From Candidatus Cloacimonadota bacterium (GTDB lineage: Bacteria; Cloacimonadota; Cloacimonadia; G963667145), in assembly GCA_963676515.1 (NCBI GenBank), contig OY781061.1:758630-822629 (forward strand): a stretch of 64,000 bases of DNA, read 5' to 3'. Below are positions 58,467-64,000 of this stretch, in pieces. The position numbers and the translations under genes were made by a program. The notes under the pieces were generated by a model, which searched no databases, had not been told where the DNA came from, and saw nothing but the letters and a program-made list of their open reading frames with translations. Every line of letters begins with the position of its first letter. Position 1 is the first letter of the stretch.

Positions 58467-59823
58467 CTTTTCCTCCCAGAATTTTCCCAGCCAAAGGTGC
58501 TTTCTCTTTTACCAACACATCTATTTTTTTGGCAATCTCTTGTATCTCCCACTGTGCGTGCCTGTCGCCTCTTAATCTAGAAAAATGGTAAATCTCCCTC
58601 AGATTTGCTTTGAATAAAACGGTCGTTTTGTGAGCATTGGTTAAAATGTAATTTCCAAGCCCTTTTTTATAAGATTCCAGCTCAAGATAAAGCTCATTAG
58701 TTTGCTGCATAACTTTGCTTATTTTGTCTTCCATCTGCAAAGAGTTGATTAGCTCCGGTGTAACAAAACCTTTCTCTGGATGATACCCAGATTTTAGCAT
58801 GGTCGACATTCTGTGCCTTTTTAGCTGTCCAAAACAACAAGCCGAACAGCAAATCTCAAAAGTAAAATCTGCCAACTCAAAACCTCTGGGCATCGCAGAA
58901 TAAAACTTTGCTTTCGCAAATAAAGATGTAAAAATCTTTTCTTTTTCTGAGATACTAGCCTGAGCTAAATATTCGTTGCTCTGATGGTAAGAGAACCCTT
59001 CATCCAGAAGTAGCCCTTGCAACACCAGATCATCTGGGTTTTCGGAGCAACGCAAAAGTCGCACTTGTTTTTCACTCGATGTTTGCTTTGGTAAGGCTAT
59101 CTGCAAAGAGTGTTTGCCAAAGTCATCTGCACTTGTGTAACGAATCAAAGAAGGTGCAATTTTTTTTGCTTCTTCTTTCAGCTTTTCTCTTAGCTCTTTT
59201 GCTTCCCACAAATCTAGCTTATCTAGCCTCACGAGCAATTTTTGTAAGCTTCTAGCGTTAATGGTCATCCCCATCTGGGTTTGCGTAGAAAGAGATAAAA
59301 AATAGCGTGCATCTTCTTTAGCTTTTCCGTATAGTTCTCGTTTACTGCCCGCAAAGTTTTCCGCTTCCAGCTTTTGCTTCGCTTTTTCATACAACGCAAA
59401 ATAAAGCTCGTTTTGCTTCTCTATTGTTGAAACAAACTTCTCTTCCAGTGGGCTATTCTTTAGCTCTTGCGGTAAGTAAAAATCCCCTGCGAGAGTTACA
59501 TATCTTTGCGATTTCTCGGTGAAAGAAGCTAAGCGACTTCGCTGGATAAACTCTGTCAAATAGCGAGAAATACCGATTAAATCAAAATTGAAAACCGTAT
59601 GCTCAGCCACAGATGAGTGTCCCATCTCGAAGACGATGCTGTTATTTGAAAGTTTCGCTTTTTCCACATCTTGGATCGCCTCTTCTCTCAATTTATCAAC
59701 ACTTTTTTTGCTCCTACTGATCCTTGCATAAGCTGCCGAAATCGTCTCAGGGGTACTTTTCTGAGTCTTTTTCTTACCAATAAGATTTACATCTAAATTG
59801 TAACCAGACAAAAGAACTTTCAT
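58450..59823 (-). CDS. thyX: FAD-dependent thymidylate synthase ThyX, tandem-duplicated (degenerate N-terminal copy, canonical C-terminal copy)
   Basis: The C-terminal half has RHRMST...SGY and LRGDRHAQWEIQEIA, the ThyX RHR/SxRY-type and C-terminal signatures. The N-terminal half has EHTVFNFDL...QRSRLASFTEKSQRY, a degenerate version. Confidence 0.6.
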   Translation of the reverse strand: MKVLLSGYNLDVNLIGKKKTQKSTPETISAAYARISRSKKSVDKLREEAIQDVEKAKLSNNSIVFEMGHSSVAEHTVFNFDLIGISRYLTEFIQRSRLASFTEKSQRYVTLAGDFYLPQELKNSPLEEKFVSTIEKQNELYFALYEKAKQKLEAENFAGSKRELYGKAKEDARYFLSLSTQTQMGMTINARSLQKLLVRLDKLDLWEAKELREKLKEEAKKIAPSLIRYTSADDFGKHSLQIALPKQTSSEKQVRLLRCSENPDDLVLQGLLLDEGFSYHQSNEYLAQASISEKEKIFTSLFAKAKFYSAMPRGFELADFTFEICCSACCFGQLKRHRMSTMLKSGYHPEKGFVTPELINSLQMEDKISKVMQQTNELYLELESYKKGLGNYILTNAHKTTVLFKANLREIYHFSRLRGDRHAQWEIQEIAKKIDVLVKEKAPLAGKILGGKDEIFA

Positions 59824-59824
59824 C

Positions 59825-60580
59825 TTAGATTAGTTCCTCTTGTTTATCAAAATTGTGTTGTAAAAAACTATTTCCCAAGTAAACTTCTCGTGCCCTTTTA
59901 TCGTTTACCAATTCTGCTGATGTCCCCGAAAAAAGAATTTTCCCGTCAAAAACGATGTACGCTCGCTGAACAATTTTTAATGTTTCGATCACATTATGAT
60001 CTGTTACCAGCACTCCGATATTTTTTTCGCCCAACTTCTTGATAATATTCTGAATGTCTTCCACGGCTTTGGGGTCAACCCCTGCAAAAGGCTCATCTAA
60101 CAACAAGAAAGATGGGTTTGTCACCAACGCTCTGGTTATTTCTAGTTTACGCCTTTCCCCACCAGACAAAGTATAAGCTTTTTGCTTGCTAAGTTTAGTA
60201 AGATCAAGGTCTGCCAAGAGCTCATCTAGCCTTCTTTTTTTTTCCGCTTTAGAAATCTTGAGCATCTCCAAGATAGCCATCACATTTTGTTCAACGGTAA
60301 GATTATGGAAAATAGAAGGCTGCTGTGCAAGATAACCAATGCCCAATCTTGCTCTTTTGTACATGGGTAGATGATTGATTAACTTTCCATTGTACAAAAT
60401 TCTACCTTCGGTAGCTTTTATCAGCCCCAGCACGATGTAAAAAGTGGTCGATTTGCCAGCTCCGTTTGGTCCCATTATGCCGACACACTCACCTTGGGTA
60501 ATTCTTACACTGATGTCTCGCAAGACCAGCTTAGACCCATAATACTTTACGATATTCTCAATTCTTATTTCATTTTTCAT
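59825..60580 (-). CDS. lptB: LPS export ABC transporter ATP-binding protein
   Basis: 251 aa; Walker A GPNGAGKST, the signature LSGGERRKLEI, and gene context with lptA and lptC. Confidence 0.85.
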   Translation of the reverse strand: MKNEIRIENIVKYYGSKLVLRDISVRITQGECVGIMGPNGAGKSTTFYIVLGLIKATEGRILYNGKLINHLPMYKRARLGIGYLAQQPSIFHNLTVEQNVMAILEMLKISKAEKKRRLDELLADLDLTKLSKQKAYTLSGGERRKLEITRALVTNPSFLLLDEPFAGVDPKAVEDIQNIIKKLGEKNIGVLVTDHNVIETLKIVQRAYIVFDGKILFSGTSAELVNDKRAREVYLGNSFLQHNFDKQEELI

Positions 60581-60585
60581 AATTT

Positions 60586-61710
60586 TTAATTACTAAATTT
60601 AAAGACGCCTTTCACTTTCTTACTTTTCATCGTCATATATTCCAGCTTTTTATTGTCATTAAGACGCAAAAGCAAAGTGTCTCCATATATTTTATTCACT
60701 GACACCCCCGAACTGTCTTCGTTTATCAAACTAAGAGCCACATTTTCCGTGGCAACAATATCTTTAAGGTTAGATTCGCAAAAATCTAAATCTACTTTCC
60801 CCGAGGTCAACTTATTATCAAAGTTTTTCCCTTCTCCCGAAGGAAAAACTACTTCACAATCTTCTTCAAGAACGATATTTTTTATGTTTTTAAAAGATAA
60901 ATCAGAATAAAAATAAAACCTTTTTGCCTTCGCATTCAATTTTTCGGAGTAAAATTTTGGCTCTCCCAATAAAATCACTTTTTTTTCTTCGCTCAAATAT
61001 ATCAGCTCTTCGCTTTCTGTCCTGTGATAAGTCGAAAAAGTCTTCACTCCATACATTGCCCTTATTTTGCTATATCCATCCAGTATCTCTATCTTCTCCG
61101 CAATCAGTTTGGTAGAATCGTCGCTCGTGGAAAAAATTTCGGGGTCGTCCACCAAATAACCTTGCTTCGTTTTTAAGTTGTAACGCATCTTGCCACAATA
61201 TATTTTTAATTGCCTTTCTTGATCATAAACCCTTACATCTTTATCTGCTTTCATTTGCCCTGTTTTACGATCTATCTCCGCACGATTACAAGAAAAAGTT
61301 TTTATTTTATCGCTATTTGTTGTTTCAATTTTTATAAAAACATTGTCTACTAAATAAATTTTGTCTTCTTTTTTGAAATAAGTTACATCCTCAGCTTTTA
61401 CTGTGATTGTATCTTTTTTTATCTTCACATTTCCCAAGAGTTGCACTTTCTGTTGGTTTTCGTAAATATTAGCTCTATCGCCATAAAATTCAATGTCATC
61501 ATAAAAAAAATGAACATTACCCCTCATCTGAGAAATATTTTCATTGTTGCTTTTTTTTAGTTTAAGAACATCAGAGTTAATTATGCTATAGTTTTTTTTA
61601 TTGTTCCTTACTTTTCTACTTTCTAAACTTTTTACTTTGGCTCCATAGCAAAAACTAACAGATAGAAAAATAAAAAAACTAAAAGTTAAGGTTCTCAGTT
61701 TCAACCTCAC
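60586..61710 (-). CDS. lptA: LptA/OstA-family periplasmic LPS transport protein (long form)
   Basis: 374 aa; signal peptide and OstA-like beta-jellyroll repeats; sits between lptC and lptB. Confidence 0.6.
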   Translation of the reverse strand: MRLKLRTLTFSFFIFLSVSFCYGAKVKSLESRKVRNNKKNYSIINSDVLKLKKSNNENISQMRGNVHFFYDDIEFYGDRANIYENQQKVQLLGNVKIKKDTITVKAEDVTYFKKEDKIYLVDNVFIKIETTNSDKIKTFSCNRAEIDRKTGQMKADKDVRVYDQERQLKIYCGKMRYNLKTKQGYLVDDPEIFSTSDDSTKLIAEKIEILDGYSKIRAMYGVKTFSTYHRTESEELIYLSEEKKVILLGEPKFYSEKLNAKAKRFYFYSDLSFKNIKNIVLEEDCEVVFPSGEGKNFDNKLTSGKVDLDFCESNLKDIVATENVALSLINEDSSGVSVNKIYGDTLLLRLNDNKKLEYMTMKSKKVKGVFKFSN

Positions 61711-62242
61711 CTTCTCCTTTTATGTTGTCTAATTTCGCCGAGTTCAATTCAATATCTGTAAATAAATTTTTGCCATACATTACATTTTCTCCACGAGTTA
61801 TTTTTACTTTTTCTTGAGTAAAAACGCTATTATTTGCTAAGTTCCAATAAAGTTTCGTTGTCTCTAGCACGCCATTTTCGCTCAAGATTTTTACATTACT
61901 CCAAGCTTCCAGCATCTTTTTCACTTCGTTAATCTCAGCACTATCCGCTGTCATGGTTGACACTATCCGATCGTTATCGTCAAAGGCATAAATCTCTATT
62001 TCTTTCGCAAAAATTTGTTTTTTTTTCGCAAACTCTGTTATATGTTTCGCTTTCAAATACCAGTTAATTTTTTCGTTCTCAAGAGATATTAAAGTAACAG
62101 TGTCACTAGTTTTTTCGGGTAATTCGTCTTTACCTTTAAATTTTTTGTTGCGTTTTAGTATGTCTTCACCTTTTACACAACCCAAAAAAAGAAAACTAAG
62201 AAAGAAAACTAGATAAACTTTTGATAAAAATATTTTGTGCAT
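61679..62242 (-). CDS. lptC: LPS export system protein LptC
   Basis: 187 aa; N-terminal anchor; context between kdsC and lptA. Confidence 0.6.
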   Translation of the reverse strand: MHKIFLSKVYLVFFLSFLFLGCVKGEDILKRNKKFKGKDELPEKTSDTVTLISLENEKINWYLKAKHITEFAKKKQIFAKEIEIYAFDDNDRIVSTMTADSAEINEVKKMLEAWSNVKILSENGVLETTKLYWNLANNSVFTQEKVKITRGENVMYGKNLFTDIELNSAKLDNIKGEGEVETENLNF

Positions 62243-62729
62243 TTTCTAGCTCTTCTTTGGAATTCAAAATGTAATCTATTACCTCTCTTACACAACCTTT
62301 GCCTCCACCTTTATTGCAAACATAATCGACTTTATCAAGAAGAAATTCGTTTGCATCAGCAGGACAAACACTAAAATTTGCCTTGGTTAGGCATTGATAG
62401 TCATTCAAATCATCTCCAACATAAGCTATATTTTCCCAAGATAAACCTAATTCTTCTTTAAGCTTCTTTAAAACCTTTAACTTATCTCTTACCGCTTGGA
62501 ACAAATATTTTATTTTCAAATCTTTACATCTTTTTGCCAAGGCTTCGCTTTCTTTACCTGTAATTATCGCCACGGTATATCCAATTTGTTGGAACATCGC
62601 TATACCTAAACCGTCTTTGGTATTAAAACATTTTATCTTTTCGGGAAATCCATAATAAAAGAAACCTGGAGAAAGAACTCCATCGCAATCAAGAACCAAT
62701 AGCTTAATTTTGTTTACTTTACTTTGCAT
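62196..62729 (-). CDS. kdsC: 3-deoxy-D-manno-octulosonate 8-phosphate phosphatase (HAD family)
   Basis: 177 aa; DCDGVL...GDDLND HAD motifs. Confidence 0.8.
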   Translation of the reverse strand: MQSKVNKIKLLVLDCDGVLSPGFFYYGFPEKIKCFNTKDGLGIAMFQQIGYTVAIITGKESEALAKRCKDLKIKYLFQAVRDKLKVLKKLKEELGLSWENIAYVGDDLNDYQCLTKANFSVCPADANEFLLDKVDYVCNKGGGKGCVREVIDYILNSKEELENAQNIFIKSLSSFLS

Positions 62730-63226
62730 TTTAATTTATCCAATTTGTTCTTAATTTTCAATAAGTCTAGTTTATCTAAATAATCTACAAAAAGTTTCCC
62801 TTCTAAGTGGTCATTTTCATGTTGGATAGCTACAGCCAACAATCCTTCTGCTTTTATGGTGAATTTTTTGCCATCAATTCCGAGTGCTTCCGCTTCTACA
62901 TATTCAGCCCTAGGAACATCTGCATATATTCCTGGAACACTCAAGCATCCCTCTTCTCCTATATTTTTACCCACTAATTTTAAAATCTTAGGATTTATAA
63001 AAACTTTGAGATCATTTTTTTTAGAACTTATATCTATAATGAACAACCTCAAATTTTTCCCTACCTGCGGAGCAGCCAAACCTACTCCGCTATTATTATA
63101 CATCGTAACGCTCATATCTTCTATCAAATTAGTAATATAATCGTCTATCTTTTCTATTTTTACACTGGTTTCCCGTAAAGATTCTTGCCCATAAACAACG
63201 ATAGGGAATCTATTTTTGATTTTCAT
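62714..63226 (-). CDS. def: Peptide deformylase
   Basis: GVGLAAPQVG, EGCLSVPG and HENDHLEG motifs. Confidence 0.9.
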   Translation of the reverse strand: MKIKNRFPIVVYGQESLRETSVKIEKIDDYITNLIEDMSVTMYNNSGVGLAAPQVGKNLRLFIIDISSKKNDLKVFINPKILKLVGKNIGEEGCLSVPGIYADVPRAEYVEAEALGIDGKKFTIKAEGLLAVAIQHENDHLEGKLFVDYLDKLDLLKIKNKLDKLKCKVK

Positions 63227-63521
63227 TTTCTCCAGTTTTTAATATTTTTGTAGCTATTGTTGATTTAAAAAAATCAATTTTAACATTGTCACTAACTTTT
63301 ATAGTAACAATATTTTTATCTGCTTTTATATTAGCTACAACTCCATTTATTCCGCCATTAGTTATAACTTTATCTCCAATCTTAAGCTCTTCAAGCATCG
63401 TGTTGTGCTCTTTTTGCCTTTTCTTTTGTGGCCTTATTATCAAAAACCAAATTATTACAATCATCGCCACGAAAGGCAACAACCCAAGCATGCTTTGTTG
63501 AGCTAAAAATAAATAGTTCAT
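63210..63521 (-). CDS. yajC: Preprotein translocase subunit YajC
   Basis: 103 aa; one TM segment plus the conserved C-terminal region. Confidence 0.8.
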   Translation of the reverse strand: MNYLFLAQQSMLGLLPFVAMIVIIWFLIIRPQKKRQKEHNTMLEELKIGDKVITNGGINGVVANIKADKNIVTIKVSDNVKIDFFKSTIATKILKTGENENQK

Positions 63522-63533
63522 ATTTTCTCCTGT

Positions 63534-64000
63534 TTAATTATATTTTAGATTTATTTCGACTTTATTGTTTCTTTTTAATTTTTCTAATTCTTGTTTTAGT
63601 AAGTTTTCTCTGTTTTTCTTTATTAAAATCTCTTGTATTTTATCTTTTACTTGATCAAAGCTAAGTTGCATCTTAAAATCTTTTCTATCATACCATCTTC
63701 CTATTACATAGCCATCTGGCACATCTATCCACAAATATTTGTTTCTTTCGGAATTTATGAGTTTTTCCCAGACTATATCTTTTATGCTGTTTTTGTCTAC
63801 AAATCCAGTATAACCTCCATTTTTTCCATAAATATCTTCTGAAAATTGCTTTGCTAAATCACTAAACTTAACGCCTACATTTTGCGATATTTTATTTATA
63901 ATTACATCTTTTTTCTTTTTATTAGAGACATAAATTTTTTGAAACTTATATTTTGTAATTGTTTTATAAAAATTTTGGTAGTTTGCGTTGTAATAATCAA
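63534..64000 (-). CDS. Parvulin-type peptidyl-prolyl isomerase (SurA/PpiD-like), 3' part. The gene continues beyond the window end.
   Basis: The frame is open from 64000 down to the stop at 63534. It contains FSDLAKQFSEDIYGKNGGYTGFVDKNS...DIVWEKL, a PpiC/parvulin signature. Confidence 0.6.
   Translation of the reverse strand, partial: DYYNANYQNFYKTITKYKFQKIYVSNKKKKDVIINKISQNVGVKFSDLAKQFSEDIYGKNGGYTGFVDKNSIKDIVWEKLINSERNKYLWIDVPDGYVIGRWYDRKDFKMQLSFDQVKDKIQEILIKKNRENLLKQELEKLKRNNKVEINLKYN

Overview
This is a 64 kb window of a Gram-negative (diderm) bacterial chromosome of moderate GC content. Genes for Lgt, LptA, LptB, LptC, KdsC and a BamB-like propeller place it as diderm, and almost every gene runs on the minus strand.

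The first 12.3 kb is the 5' part of one enormous minus-strand ORF, which the supplied ORF track does not list because its stop lies beyond base 1. It encodes a lipoprotein-signal-bearing surface protein made of dozens of ~85-90 aa Fn3/Ig-like tandem repeats.

Housekeeping content follows. A riboflavin operon (ribD, ribE, ribBA, ribH) sits behind a clear FMN riboswitch with terminator. clpB has a CIRCE-like operator. A complete pyrimidine cluster (pyrB, pyrI, pyrK, pyrD, pyrF, pyrC, pyrE) has a leader terminator. prfB shows the internal-SD/UGA +1 frameshift. Also present are pnp and rpsO, class II aldolase, guaD, deoC, proA, dCMP deaminase and a tandem-duplicated ThyX, then lptB, lptA, lptC, kdsC, def, yajC and the 3' end of a parvulin-type PPIase gene.

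Accessory, low-GC material includes a compact type II restriction-modification island with three small upstream ORFs, an orphan 280-aa protein with a PD-(D/E)xK-like motif, a 335-aa anchored protein, a second EamA transporter and a Doc/Fic-like protein.

The most unusual signal is a family of mosaic, hairpin-rich intergenic repeats. Three copies are present (two direct, one inverted), built from reshuffled modules whose stems show compensatory base changes between copies. Two copies flank the 280-aa gene as ~200-bp inverted repeats, and each copy lies just 3' of a gene in the same relative sense.

Two small lipoprotein or hypothetical genes carry in-frame stop codons, one TGA and one TAG.
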